Source of the DNA: an uncultured bacterium
GTDB taxonomy: Bacteria; UBA8481
DNA: 62,300 nucleotides
Direction: 5' to 3'
Assembly: GCA_964499705.1 (NCBI GenBank)
Contig: CAZCME010000001.1
Location: 134,943 to 197,242 of the forward strand
A model generated the notes under the pieces. The model saw only the letters and a program-made list of their open reading frames with translations, made no database searches and was not told where the DNA came from. The position numbers and the translations under genes are program-made. This document shows positions 37,171 to 46,930 of this stretch, one piece after another; position 1 is the stretch's first letter; each line of letters begins with the position of its first letter.

Positions 37171-38375
37171 GCGCCGAACGCATCGAATCCGCCCTGAGTG
37201 CCGCGTCAGGCGATATCTCCGCGATTCTCGAACTCTCCCTGGCCGGAAGACCGCTCTCCTGTGAAAACGCGCTCCGACTTTTCCAGGCGGAGGGGAAAGA
37301 CCTGCACGCCGTTCTCCTGGTCGCCGACGAGGTGAGGCGCGTCCGTGTCGGAGACCTCGCGACGTTCGTCATCGTCCGCAACATCAACTTCACGAATATA
37401 TGCTACACGAACTGCCGCTTCTGCGGTTTCGCCCGCAAGGAAGGGGAGGCGGAAGCGGAGCTTCTTTCGATGGAGGAAATCGTCCATCGCACGGAGGAAG
37501 CCGTCGAACGCGGCGCCACGGAAGTCTGTATCCAGGGAGGGCTCCATCCGAAGATCGCCGGAACGCATTACCGGGATATCTGCGTCGCCATCAAGGACCG
37601 CTTTCCGGAGATGCACATCCACGCCTTTTCGCCCTTCGAGATCAAGTTCGGAGCGGGCAAGTGCCGGATGGGCTACGAGGATTATCTCCGGATGATGAAG
37701 GAACACGGGCTGGATACGATCCCGGGAACCGCCGCGGAAATTCTCGACACGGAGATCCGGGAGCAGCTGACGCGCGACAAGCTGAAGGCGCACGAGTGGG
37801 TCGAGATCGTGAAGGCCGCTCATCGCGTCGGGATCAGGACGACGTCGACGATGATGTATGGCCACGTCGACAGACCGGAGCACTGGGTCGCGCACATGTC
37901 GCTCCTTCGGGACATCCAGGATGAAACCGGCGGCTTCACCGAGTTCGTGCCGCTCGGTTTCGTGTACTGGGATGCTCCGCTGTACCTCGACGGCAAGGCC
38001 CGCCCGGGACCGACCCGTGACGAGAACCTGAAGATCCACGCCGTTGCGCGCCTCTTCTTCCAGGGGAAGATTGACAACATCCAGGTCTCCTGGGTCAAGA
38101 TGGGACCGCGCCTCGGTCAGTACATCATGAAGCACGGCGCCAACGATTTCGGCGGTACCCTGATGAACGAGACGATCTCCCGTTCGTCCGGCGCGCCTTA
38201 CGGCGAGGAGATCACGCCGCGCGAATTCTGCCGGTTGATCCGCGAGATCGGCCGGATTCCCGCGCGGCGAAATACGCTCTATGAGATCCAGGAGGTCTTC
38301 GAAGATCACGATCCTCCCGATTGGCAACCGCTGAAGCCGCGATCGATGCGGACCATGGAGTTGACCGGGCTGTAG
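37167..38375 (+). CDS. cofH: FO synthase subunit CofH (radical SAM)
   Basis: NINFTNICYTNCRFC, ATEVCIQGG, PGTAAEIL, TGGFTEFVPL, NIQVSWVKMG, GANDFGGTLMNETISR; follows cofG. Confidence 0.9.
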   Translation: MSAERIESALSAASGDISAILELSLAGRPLSCENALRLFQAEGKDLHAVLLVADEVRRVRVGDLATFVIVRNINFTNICYTNCRFCGFARKEGEAEAELLSMEEIVHRTEEAVERGATEVCIQGGLHPKIAGTHYRDICVAIKDRFPEMHIHAFSPFEIKFGAGKCRMGYEDYLRMMKEHGLDTIPGTAAEILDTEIREQLTRDKLKAHEWVEIVKAAHRVGIRTTSTMMYGHVDRPEHWVAHMSLLRDIQDETGGFTEFVPLGFVYWDAPLYLDGKARPGPTRDENLKIHAVARLFFQGKIDNIQVSWVKMGPRLGQYIMKHGANDFGGTLMNETISRSSGAPYGEEITPREFCRLIREIGRIPARRNTLYEIQEVFEDHDPPDWQPLKPRSMRTMELTGL

Positions 38376-38475
38376 GGGACATTCTCCAACATTGCAACAT
38401 TCAGGATATTGGACTTATACGATACGGTGCTCGAACTCGTTTATCTTCAATGTTGCAATGTTGGAGAATGTCCCC
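38375..38475. repeat. 101-bp element with perfect 27-bp terminal inverted repeats (MITE/REP-like), copy 2
   Basis: GGGGACATTCTCCAACATTGCAACATT (38375-38401) and its exact reverse complement (38449-38475). Confidence 0.9.
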
Positions 38476-39529
38476 CTTTACGCGCGGCGGCCTCCTCGAT
38501 CAGGGCGGATATTTTCGACAGGGGCGCCACTATATCCACGGCCCCTTCGCTTATCGCGGCGCGGGGCATGCCGAAGACCGCGCATGTCGCTTCATCCTGC
38601 GCAAGCGTGTGAGCGCCGGCATCCTTCATGGCCCTTAATCCCTTCGCTCCGTCGGAACCCATGCCGGTGAGGAGCACCCCGATGGCGTCGGCTCCTGCCG
38701 CCTTCGCGACGGATTGAAACAGCACGTCGACGCTCGGTCGCTGGAAGTGCACGAGCGGACCGTCGGTCAGTTCCACGCGGCGATGATCGGGCGATCCCCT
38801 CAGTATCATGTGGCGGCCGCCTGGGGCGATCCACGCGCATCCGGAATGAAGCTGGTCTCCGTGACAGGCTTCCCTCACTTCCATCCCCACCGATTCATTC
38901 AATCGCTTTGCGTAGGGAGCCGTGAATCCGGCCGGCATGTGCTGGACGATGAGAATGGGCGGCGCGTCGGCGGACAGCGCCGCAAGCACTTCCCGTGTCG
39001 CCTCCGTTCCGCCCGTCGATGCTCCGATCGCGATGATGATCTTCCCATTCGGCGAATGAGCGGCGCGCGAAGGCGCGGCAACGGATGCGCTCGCCCGTGA
39101 CGAGGACGGTACACGGATCCGATGCTTCTCGCGCGAGGCTTGCCGGATGAGGTGAATGAGCGTCGCGGAGAGATCCTTCGTCGAGAAAGACGATCCGGGC
39201 TTGCCGACAACGTCGAACGCGCCGGCCTCCAGCGCTTCGAGCGCCTTCGCGCTTCCTGCGGGCGAGAGCGAACTGACGATGATGACCGGCAGGGGACGGT
39301 GCTTCATGATCTGCCGGAGAAGAGATAGTCCGTCCATGCCCGGCATCTCGATGTCGAGCGTGACGACGTCCGGCTCGAGCTCGACGATCAGATCGCGCGC
39401 GGTGATGGCGTCGGGAGCGGTCCCGATGATCTCGATGTCCGGAAAGCGCGCCAGTCCATCCGAAAGGATCCGACGGACGAGGGCGGAATCGTCGACGACG
39501 AGGACGCGGATCGCGGAGGAAACGGTCAT
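38447..39529 (-). CDS. cheB: Chemotaxis response regulator protein-glutamate methylesterase
   Basis: Receiver VVDDS..TLDIEMP; GASTGG, VQHMP, RPSVD, LTGMGSDG. Confidence 0.95.
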   Translation of the reverse strand: MTVSSAIRVLVVDDSALVRRILSDGLARFPDIEIIGTAPDAITARDLIVELEPDVVTLDIEMPGMDGLSLLRQIMKHRPLPVIIVSSLSPAGSAKALEALEAGAFDVVGKPGSSFSTKDLSATLIHLIRQASREKHRIRVPSSSRASASVAAPSRAAHSPNGKIIIAIGASTGGTEATREVLAALSADAPPILIVQHMPAGFTAPYAKRLNESVGMEVREACHGDQLHSGCAWIAPGGRHMILRGSPDHRRVELTDGPLVHFQRPSVDVLFQSVAKAAGADAIGVLLTGMGSDGAKGLRAMKDAGAHTLAQDEATCAVFGMPRAAISEGAVDIVAPLSKISALIEEAAARKGGHSPTLQH

Positions 39530-40404
39530 TCCGCGGTGATGCGCGCCGCCGCCGTGAGATTGCCGTAGATCGTCGGCTCGATGTAGGCGAGGTCATGCGT
39601 CATGCCCGAGAGGCTTTCGGAGTGGCCGATGCAGAGGATGCCGCCGTTATCCAGCTGTGCTGACATTCGCTTGACGATAAGCTCGCGAACGGCGGGCGAA
39701 AAATAGATCATGACATTGCGGCAGAAGATCGCGTCGAACTGGCGGCGCATCGGCCAGGGATCCACGAGATTGAGCCTTTCGAAATGAACGCAGGACCGGA
39801 CGCGGGCATTAACGTGATGGAAGCGATCCCTGCCGGAATGCGGCGGCGAGGAAAAATACCGCATCCTGATGGAAGCGGGAACATTGTCGAGCGACTCCTC
39901 GGGATATCGTCCCGCCTTCGCGGTCTCGATCATTGACTTCGAAATATCGGTTGCCAGGATCCGGATATCCCAGCCGGTGGAATTCGCGAGGCTTTCCATG
40001 AGCGTGATGGTTATCGAATAGGGCTCCTCGCCGGACGAACATCCCGCGCTCCAGATCCGCACGGTCTTTCGGCCCGTCTGTCGAATCCGCTCCGCGATAT
40101 GGCGCGCCGTGAATTCGAGATGGCGCGGTTCCCGGAAAAAATGCGTGAGATTTGTCGTGAGAGCCTCGACCATGCGCTGCAATTCCATGCCGCAGGAGTC
40201 CGACTTGACGCGCGCGACGTAAGCGTCGAGCGTGGAGAGACCAAGCTCGCGGATACGCTTCTGCAGCCGCGCGACGATGAGATGGGACTTCGCGGGGCCG
40301 AGGTGGATGCCGCAGGTATCGTGGAGGATCGCGCCGATCTCCGCGAGCGTTTCCGCTGTCGCTCCGGGCGCTCGCGCCGGCGGGGTCTGGAAACCCGTCA
40401 TCAA
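39526..40404 (-). CDS. cheR: Chemotaxis methyltransferase
   Basis: [45 protein letters not shown]. Confidence 0.95.
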   Translation of the reverse strand: MMTGFQTPPARAPGATAETLAEIGAILHDTCGIHLGPAKSHLIVARLQKRIRELGLSTLDAYVARVKSDSCGMELQRMVEALTTNLTHFFREPRHLEFTARHIAERIRQTGRKTVRIWSAGCSSGEEPYSITITLMESLANSTGWDIRILATDISKSMIETAKAGRYPEESLDNVPASIRMRYFSSPPHSGRDRFHHVNARVRSCVHFERLNLVDPWPMRRQFDAIFCRNVMIYFSPAVRELIVKRMSAQLDNGGILCIGHSESLSGMTHDLAYIEPTIYGNLTAAARITAE

Positions 40405-41981
40405 AAGTCGCTCATGGTGAGCGCGCTCGCTTTCTCCTCGGCCTCGTTCAACGGAAGGACGCGGCTGGGAGCGGCCTTGCCGCGTCCGATGGGACGTTTG
40501 GATTTATGCGCCGGCTCGTCGGACGCCGCCTCATTTACGATTTCAGGTTCGGCTCCAACGACTCCGCCTTCCAGAAACGTCACCACCTCGCGAACGATGT
40601 TTCGCAGCCTCTGCGCCTGCGCATTCATTTCCTCCGCGGACGAGGAAAGCTGCTCCGCGCTGGACGCGTTCTGCTGTGTCACAGTGTCCATCTGCGCCAC
40701 CGCGACGTTCGTCTGCTCCAGGCCCCGCGTCTGTTCCTTCGATGCCGTCGTGATCTCCGCGACCAGTTCGTTCACTTTCTGCGTGTGGGTCACGATTTCC
40801 GCCAGCGAGCTCGATGTCTGTTCCGAAAGGCTGACGCCTTCCTGCGTTGAGTGGACGGAGCCTTCGATGAGGGCGGAGGTATTCCGGGCCGCCTCACCCG
40901 CGCGGATCGCGAGGTTGCGGACTTCGTCCGCGACGACGGCGAATCCCTTGCCCGCTTCTCCGGCGCGTGCCGCCTCTACCGCCGCGTTCAGAGCCAGGAG
41001 ATTTGTCTGGAACGCGATTTCGTCGATGGTCTTGACTATTTTGCTGGTCTCATGCGCGGAAACACGGATCTTCTCGATCGCGCTGCTTAGTTTTCGCATC
41101 CGCTCCGATCCTTCCATGGCCGCCTGCTTCGCGTGCTCCGCGATGGAGCTCGCGGTCTCCGCGTTGTTCGCGTTCTGTCGCGTCATCGACGCGATCTCCT
41201 CCAGGGCCGACGCGCTCTGTTCCAGGGACGCCGCCTGTTCGCTCGATCCTTGAGAAAGCGACTGGCTGCTCGCGGAGATCTGGCGCGCCGCGGCGGCGGT
41301 ATGGCCGGCGCCGGCCGAAAGTTTCGCGACGGTAGTCCGGAGCGAGTTGGATGTCGAGCGCGAGATGTAGACGGCGAAGAGGACGACGCTGAGGATGATG
41401 ACGACGGAAAGCGTGCCGAGGATCTGCCGGGTTTCGCTCGTGGCCCCGGCGAGTTCGTCATTACTGACGAGAGCGCCTTCCGCCACCTGGTTCACGTCGT
41501 CGAATTCCTTCATCAGGTGCTGCAGAAGCGGCCGCATCTCCGCGTGGAAAAAACGCATCCCGTCGGCGTGGCGCCCTGCGGCCATCAGCGTGTTGAGATG
41601 CGCGGCCTTTTCATGAAGCGCCCGGTGCGGGATTTCCATCTCCGCCAGGTGGGGCGCGAGGTCCGGAGTCGCCTGGGTGGCGCGCGTTCTTCCATCGCCG
41701 TAATACCACTGGCCGAAGTTGCATCGCGTCGGATCCAGCTGAACATCCAGGTCGCGCGATTTCGCGTCCGACAGCGCGAGCAGAACCTTGTTCACCCAGA
41801 TCGAATGATCGAGCTTGGACTGATTCAGGACGCGCAGTATGTCCCGGGATTGCGACACGTCCTTCGAAAGTTCCAGGAGCGAAGCCGTGCGCAGTTCGCC
41901 GACGAGACCTATCAGCAGCAGTCCCGCGATGGGCAGGCCGAATCCGAGCGTCAATTTTGACAGGAGACTCATCTTCTTCAT
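40401..41981 (-). CDS. Methyl-accepting chemotaxis protein with CZB (zinc-binding) sensor domain
   Basis: TM1, then [20 protein letters not shown], then TM2; signalling domain [34 protein letters not shown]; ends MSDF. Confidence 0.92.
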   Translation of the reverse strand: MKKMSLLSKLTLGFGLPIAGLLLIGLVGELRTASLLELSKDVSQSRDILRVLNQSKLDHSIWVNKVLLALSDAKSRDLDVQLDPTRCNFGQWYYGDGRTRATQATPDLAPHLAEMEIPHRALHEKAAHLNTLMAAGRHADGMRFFHAEMRPLLQHLMKEFDDVNQVAEGALVSNDELAGATSETRQILGTLSVVIILSVVLFAVYISRSTSNSLRTTVAKLSAGAGHTAAAARQISASSQSLSQGSSEQAASLEQSASALEEIASMTRQNANNAETASSIAEHAKQAAMEGSERMRKLSSAIEKIRVSAHETSKIVKTIDEIAFQTNLLALNAAVEAARAGEAGKGFAVVADEVRNLAIRAGEAARNTSALIEGSVHSTQEGVSLSEQTSSSLAEIVTHTQKVNELVAEITTASKEQTRGLEQTNVAVAQMDTVTQQNASSAEQLSSSAEEMNAQAQRLRNIVREVVTFLEGGVVGAEPEIVNEAASDEPAHKSKRPIGRGKAAPSRVLPLNEAEEKASALTMSDF

Positions 41982-42478
41982 GGTTCGTTCTTCCTTTCGG
42001 GGTCCGAGGACCATTCTTCCAGCAGCGCCGTTTCTTCCGCGCTCAGGACGTTTTCGATGTCGAGGAGAATCCTGATGCCGTTCTCCACTTTTCCAATGCC
42101 GCTGACGAAGCGCGTCTCCACCGACGAACCCCAGCTCGGCGCCTCGCCTATGCTGCTTTCCTTCAGGTAGAGCACCTCCGAAACGCGGTCCACGAGGAGC
42201 CCCATCTGGGCTCGGCCCGCTTCGACGACGATGATGCAGTGGTGGGGATGGTCTTCCGCGGCGGGCATTCCGAATTTTCGCCGGAGATCGACGACGGGAA
42301 TCACGTTCCCGCGCAGGTTGATGAGGCCGCGGATGAAGAGAGGCGTTCCGGGAACAGGCGTGATCGGGAGAAGGCCGACGATCTCCAGGACCTTCATGAT
42401 CTCCAGTCCGTATTCCTCCCCGCCGAGCGCGAATGTGAGGTATTTCCCCTCCCTCGCCGGATGCGATGCGGTTGTCAT
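41978..42478 (-). CDS. cheW: Chemotaxis coupling protein
   Basis: [35 protein letters not shown]. Confidence 0.95.
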   Translation of the reverse strand: MTTASHPAREGKYLTFALGGEEYGLEIMKVLEIVGLLPITPVPGTPLFIRGLINLRGNVIPVVDLRRKFGMPAAEDHPHHCIIVVEAGRAQMGLLVDRVSEVLYLKESSIGEAPSWGSSVETRFVSGIGKVENGIRILLDIENVLSAEETALLEEWSSDPERKNEP

Positions 42479-44463
42479 GATGCCGTGCTCCTTTCGTTCG
42501 AATGCTTGTGGAGGTTTCGTTCGCGCGCCCGCGCCACCAGCACGGGAATGTCGAGGATGAGGCTGACGGTGCCGTCGCCGAGGATCGCGGAACCGGCGAT
42601 GCCGGGAATTCTGCCGAGATTGCGATCGAGCGATTTCAGGACGTATTGCTGGTGACCGAGCACATCGTCTGCGGAGAGCGCGCACAGCTCGCCGCCGTCT
42701 TCGACGATGACGAAGAGTTTCCCGGTCCGCGCGTGTCCTGCCGGGCAATCATCCCCGAGGACGCGGCGCAGGGAAAAGACCGGGATCGTCTTGCCGCGCA
42801 GCACGATCAGCTCGCCTTCGCCCATGACGGTGCGGATTTCCGCGGCATCCGGGGAAATGATTTCGCGGATGGACAGGAAGGGGATGATGGAGCGGCGCCC
42901 CGCCGCCGCGACCAGCATGCCGTCGATGATGGCGAGCGTGAGGGGGAAGCGGATCGTGAACGTCGTGCCCTTTCCCGTCTCGGACGCCACCTCGATCCGG
43001 CCGCGCAGTTCCTCCACGTTGCGTTTCACAACGTCCATTCCCACTCCCCGCCCGGAAACGTCGGTGATTTTTTCGGCGGTGGAAAATCCCGGGAGGAAAA
43101 TGACCTGGTAAAGGTCCTGGTTGCGCGCCGCGGAGTCGGGCGAGAGGAGTCCGGCGGCTTCCGCCTTCGCCTTCAACCGGGCGGGATCGAGCCCCCGGCC
43201 GTCGTCGTGAATCTGGATGACGACCTGGCCGGCTTCATGGCGCGCGGACAGGAGAATCGTTCCCTCGCGCGGCTTTCCGGCGGCGGCGCGTTCCGATTCC
43301 GATTCGATGCCGTGGTCGCAGGAATTCCGGATCATGTGCGTGAGGGGATCGACCAGCTTCTCGACAAGCGTCCGGTCGATCTCCGTCTCCTCGCCTTCGG
43401 TCCGGAACGCGATTGCTTTTCCCGAGGAGGCCGAGAGATCGCGAGCCAGGCGTGCCATGCGCTGAAATGTGGTTTTCAAAGGAACGGTGCGAAACGCGAC
43501 GGCCAGGTCCTGGATCTCGCGGAGGATCTTGCTCGATCGGAGAACGGATTGCGCCAGGGGAGAGGACGGCGCGCGAGCGACCTCCTCCTGGTCCGCCAGG
43601 ATCGCCTGCGCGATGACCATCTCGCCGATCAGATCGATCAACTTGTCCATCCGAAGCGTGGAGACGCGCAGCGTTCCGGACTCCGCGGAATCGCGCGCAG
43701 GCTTTTCTTCGCCTCTCGGTTTCGAAGCAGGCACCGCCTTCGCGGGCACGGCCGCCACCCTTACGACTTCCTCGCCCGACGACACGCGATCCAGGTTTCG
43801 GCAGAGCTCGTCGATGCCGTCGACGGATTCCGAATGGAGGATACGCCGGAGCACATCGAGGCTGCGGTACAGCAGCGCGGATGAATCGGTCGTCAGGACG
43901 AGCTCGCTTTTCCGAACGCGATCCAGCAGGTTTTCCGCGGTGTGAGCGACGCGGCTGATCGTTTTCATTCCGGCGAATCCCGCGAAACCCTTGACGCTGT
44001 GGAAGGCGCGGAAAAGCCGGTCGATCTCCTCTCGATTCGACGGATCCTGGTCCAGTACCAGAAGCGCCGCTTCGCCGGCCTCGAGATTTTCGAGCGATTC
44101 CGTGATGCCTTCCTTCAGGAGCTCAGGTTCAATCTCCGGGAGTTCTTCCTGCGAGCCTGATTCAGACATCAGGCTGTCCGCAAGAAGAGGAGCGCGCAGC
44201 TCCTCCAATCCGGCCATCAACTGGGGACGCGCTTCCTCGACGGTCAGGTCTCCCTCGAAGATGGTGCGATCGAGGAGATCGAGCATGCGTTCGCCGTGTT
44301 CCCGGACGGATTCCTGCGCGATGTCCAGAGCGAGCAGATCCTGAACCGCCTTGCGAACCAGGAAGAGCTCGCTCAGATCGCCCTCCTGGAGATTGATGAT
44401 CTTCACGGCGGCTTCATCGCAGAGCGAGAGCGCGGATTCGTGGGAAAGCTCGGTATCGGTCAT
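42475..44463 (-). CDS. cheA: Chemotaxis histidine kinase
   Basis: Hpt [47 protein letters not shown]-terminal CheW domain. Start ATG 44463 is approximate. Confidence 0.95.
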   Translation of the reverse strand: MTDTELSHESALSLCDEAAVKIINLQEGDLSELFLVRKAVQDLLALDIAQESVREHGERMLDLLDRTIFEGDLTVEEARPQLMAGLEELRAPLLADSLMSESGSQEELPEIEPELLKEGITESLENLEAGEAALLVLDQDPSNREEIDRLFRAFHSVKGFAGFAGMKTISRVAHTAENLLDRVRKSELVLTTDSSALLYRSLDVLRRILHSESVDGIDELCRNLDRVSSGEEVVRVAAVPAKAVPASKPRGEEKPARDSAESGTLRVSTLRMDKLIDLIGEMVIAQAILADQEEVARAPSSPLAQSVLRSSKILREIQDLAVAFRTVPLKTTFQRMARLARDLSASSGKAIAFRTEGEETEIDRTLVEKLVDPLTHMIRNSCDHGIESESERAAAGKPREGTILLSARHEAGQVVIQIHDDGRGLDPARLKAKAEAAGLLSPDSAARNQDLYQVIFLPGFSTAEKITDVSGRGVGMDVVKRNVEELRGRIEVASETGKGTTFTIRFPLTLAIIDGMLVAAAGRRSIIPFLSIREIISPDAAEIRTVMGEGELIVLRGKTIPVFSLRRVLGDDCPAGHARTGKLFVIVEDGGELCALSADDVLGHQQYVLKSLDRNLGRIPGIAGSAILGDGTVSLILDIPVLVARARERNLHKHSNERSTAS

Positions 44464-44529
44464 GAGGAGCACGCAGGCGGGCCAGGGCGTTCGCTGCGGC
44501 CGAGCAAATTGATCCCCCGCTTTTTGTGA

Positions 44530-44610
44530 AGCGGCATCTGTTAAGGAATTACCTCTGTGACGAAGATCTGCATATTGCGTGCCCGTTTTCACATGGTGAT
44601 TAATGTCATG
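44530..44610 (-). ncRNA. Possible degenerate GEMM-I (cyclic dinucleotide) riboswitch
   Basis: Minus strand GACATTAATCACCATGT-GAAA-ACGGGCACGCAATATGCAGATCT...CAGATGCCG partly matches GEMM-I landmarks; upstream of cheA. Confidence 0.3.
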
Positions 44611-44825
44611 TCATGGCGAGGGAGGGCCGGCTTTCCAGAGAGACAAATTACGGGCGGAATAGCCAAGCGCCGCAATTGCAGCTCTCATCACAAGGTGACG
44701 CTTTTACAACCCGGAAGAAATGCTGATCAGGGATCGTCGGATTTTCCCAAGCCTGAAATTCAGGAAAAGTCGTTTCTCAGGAAGTGGACGGTTGTTTGTG
44801 CTCCGGACATCGTTATAATGCCATC

Positions 44826-45200
44826 ATGGGGACCGATAAACCCGGGAAGGTTCAGGCCATCGCGATCATGTCGCTTGTCAGCGGCATCCTGAGCGTGATC
44901 GTCGGCATCAGCTGGCTGATGGCGGGTCTGTCGTGGCTCATCGTGGGCGTCGTCTTCACGATCGTCCCCGCAGCCTACCTGATGATCACCGGGATCCTGA
45001 ACATCGTGTACGCATCGAAGATGATCGGATCGACCGTATCCGTCTTGGCTCCCGCGAAATATCTCGCGATTCTCGATATCGTGAGCGTCCTCTTCTGCAA
45101 TTTCGTGCCGATGGTGCTCGGCATCATCAACCTCGTCTTCTACGCCGACCCCGAGGTCGAAGGATTCTTTCAGAAGAGAGCAGCCTCGATCACGATCTAG
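44826..45200 (+). CDS. Hypothetical multi-TM membrane protein
   Basis: Hydrophobic ORF, KPGKVQAIAIM..GIINLVFY; TATAAT just upstream. Confidence 0.7.
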   Translation: MGTDKPGKVQAIAIMSLVSGILSVIVGISWLMAGLSWLIVGVVFTIVPAAYLMITGILNIVYASKMIGSTVSVLAPAKYLAILDIVSVLFCNFVPMVLGIINLVFYADPEVEGFFQKRAASITI

Positions 45201-46930
45201 CCGAGCGCCTTCAGGACTTCATCCCGCAGTCGCTTCAATCCCGATTCCAGGTCTCCGCCGATGTGAATTCGCACGGCTCTCCGGTTGCGGCTCAGGAGCG
45301 ATTGAAAGTCTCCGATGGATTGAGCGGTCTTGAGGATGCTGAACGAGAAGGGCTCGCCCGCGATCGGCACATCGTCCGCGTCATCCGAGGTGATCTGGAT
45401 GAAGACGCCGTTGTCTCCGCCGCCCTTGTGGAGCTGGCCGGTGGAATGGAGGAATCGCGGAGCGTATCCCGTTGTGGTCGCCACCTTCAGCCGGTCGCGG
45501 ATCGCTGACCTCATCGCCTGCAGAGCGCCATCGTGACCCGGTGACTCCTGGATGTACTGCGTGATCGCGAAATAGTCGCCGGCCTTGACGCGCGCGAAAT
45601 GAGCCTTCAACAGCTCCGGGATCGCCTTTACGCCTGCAAAGGCCGCCGCCGTGCCATAGGCGGTCAATTCGCCGTCGCGGAGAATTACCTCCTGGTCCGG
45701 CAGCATGCCCTTCGCCTTGTATTCGTCGATGAGCGCGACCGTGTTCGTCTTCGATTCCTGCACGTTCGGCTGGTCGAAGGGATTGATTTGCATCAGGGCT
45801 CCGATGAGCGCCGTGGCGAATTCCCAGAGGAAGAATTCCTCGCCGAGATTGACGAGCTCGTTCAGGATGATCCGCAGAAACGGGTGCCCGGCCTGCGCCA
45901 GCGCGTCGAGCTTCGCTTCCACCTCCGCGTTGTCCGTTTCCCGGTAGTGAATGTAGACGAAGAAGCGGTCATTGCCGTAAACCTCGGGCGGGCCGAGCGG
46001 CTCACCGGAAATGGGAACGATGCCGACTCCTTCCTTGCCCGTGCTTTCGGCGACGAGCTGTTCGATCCAGAGCCCGAGAGAATCGAGGACGGGATCCAGG
46101 ACGAGCGTCATCTTGTCGCGCCCGCCTCGGGCGAATGTCGCGATCGTGCCGGCCCTGCGGGCGCCGGGCATGCCCAGGAGGGGCGTGTTCTGCGAGCAGA
46201 AATTCACGGAGTGCAGCGCGCGATCGAGCATGACCTTGATGTCGAGACCCATGAGAGCGGCGGGCACCATGCCGAAGTTCGTGAGCGCGGAATAGCGGCC
46301 TCCGATGTCGGCCTGGCCGAGAAAAATCTTTCGGAACTTCGCCTCCTTCGCCATCTTCTCCATGTGCGTGCCCGGATCGGTGATCGCTATGAACTGTTCG
46401 CCGGCGGCATCGCCCTTCAAGGCGCGAACGCGGCCGAAGAAATAACGGTAGAACATCTGGGGTTCGATCGTGGAGCCCGACTTCGAGGCGACGATGAAGA
46501 GCGTCTTCGGAAGATCGAGCATTTTCTCGAGCGACGAAACGGACGCGGGGACCGTCGAATCGAGCATGTGAAAGCGCGGATAACCGGCGCGCGGTCCGAA
46601 GACACGGCGCAGGACTTCCGGGCAGAGGCTCGATCCGCCCATGCCCAGCAGGACGACATCCGTGAATCCCGCCTCCCGGATTTCCTGCGCGAAGGCGATG
46701 AGGTCGTCGCATTTCTTGCGCTGCATCACGGCGATGTTCAGCCAACCGAGCGAGCTCTTGATCTGCGCCTGGGATGCCGCGTCGGATTTCCAGAGTGTCG
46801 CATCGCGCGTCCAGAGCCTTGCGACGTATTCTCCGTCGTCCATCTTCACGAGCGCGTCCTGCACGTCGTTCATGTACGCGCCCAGCCGTTCGACTTTCCG
46901 TTCCGTCTTCTTCGCTGACGTGCCGCTCAT
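45197..46930 (-). CDS. pgi: Glucose-6-phosphate isomerase (Tal-Pgi type PGI domain)
   Basis: LGMGGSSL, VASKSGSTIE, IGGRYSAL, EQLVAESTGK, NPFDQPNVQESK, HSTGQLHKGG. Confidence 0.9.
   Translation of the reverse strand: MSGTSAKKTERKVERLGAYMNDVQDALVKMDDGEYVARLWTRDATLWKSDAASQAQIKSSLGWLNIAVMQRKKCDDLIAFAQEIREAGFTDVVLLGMGGSSLCPEVLRRVFGPRAGYPRFHMLDSTVPASVSSLEKMLDLPKTLFIVASKSGSTIEPQMFYRYFFGRVRALKGDAAGEQFIAITDPGTHMEKMAKEAKFRKIFLGQADIGGRYSALTNFGMVPAALMGLDIKVMLDRALHSVNFCSQNTPLLGMPGARRAGTIATFARGGRDKMTLVLDPVLDSLGLWIEQLVAESTGKEGVGIVPISGEPLGPPEVYGNDRFFVYIHYRETDNAEVEAKLDALAQAGHPFLRIILNELVNLGEEFFLWEFATALIGALMQINPFDQPNVQESKTNTVALIDEYKAKGMLPDQEVILRDGELTAYGTAAAFAGVKAIPELLKAHFARVKAGDYFAITQYIQESPGHDGALQAMRSAIRDRLKVATTTGYAPRFLHSTGQLHKGGGDNGVFIQITSDDADDVPIAGEPFSFSILKTAQSIGDFQSLLSRNRRAVRIHIGGDLESGLKRLRDEVLKALG

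Noticed and set aside
37167-38375. MqnC/MqnE (futalosine pathway) as the identity of the second radical SAM gene
   Set aside because: Adjacency to cofG and the NIQVSWVK / GGTLMNETISR motifs favour CofH.
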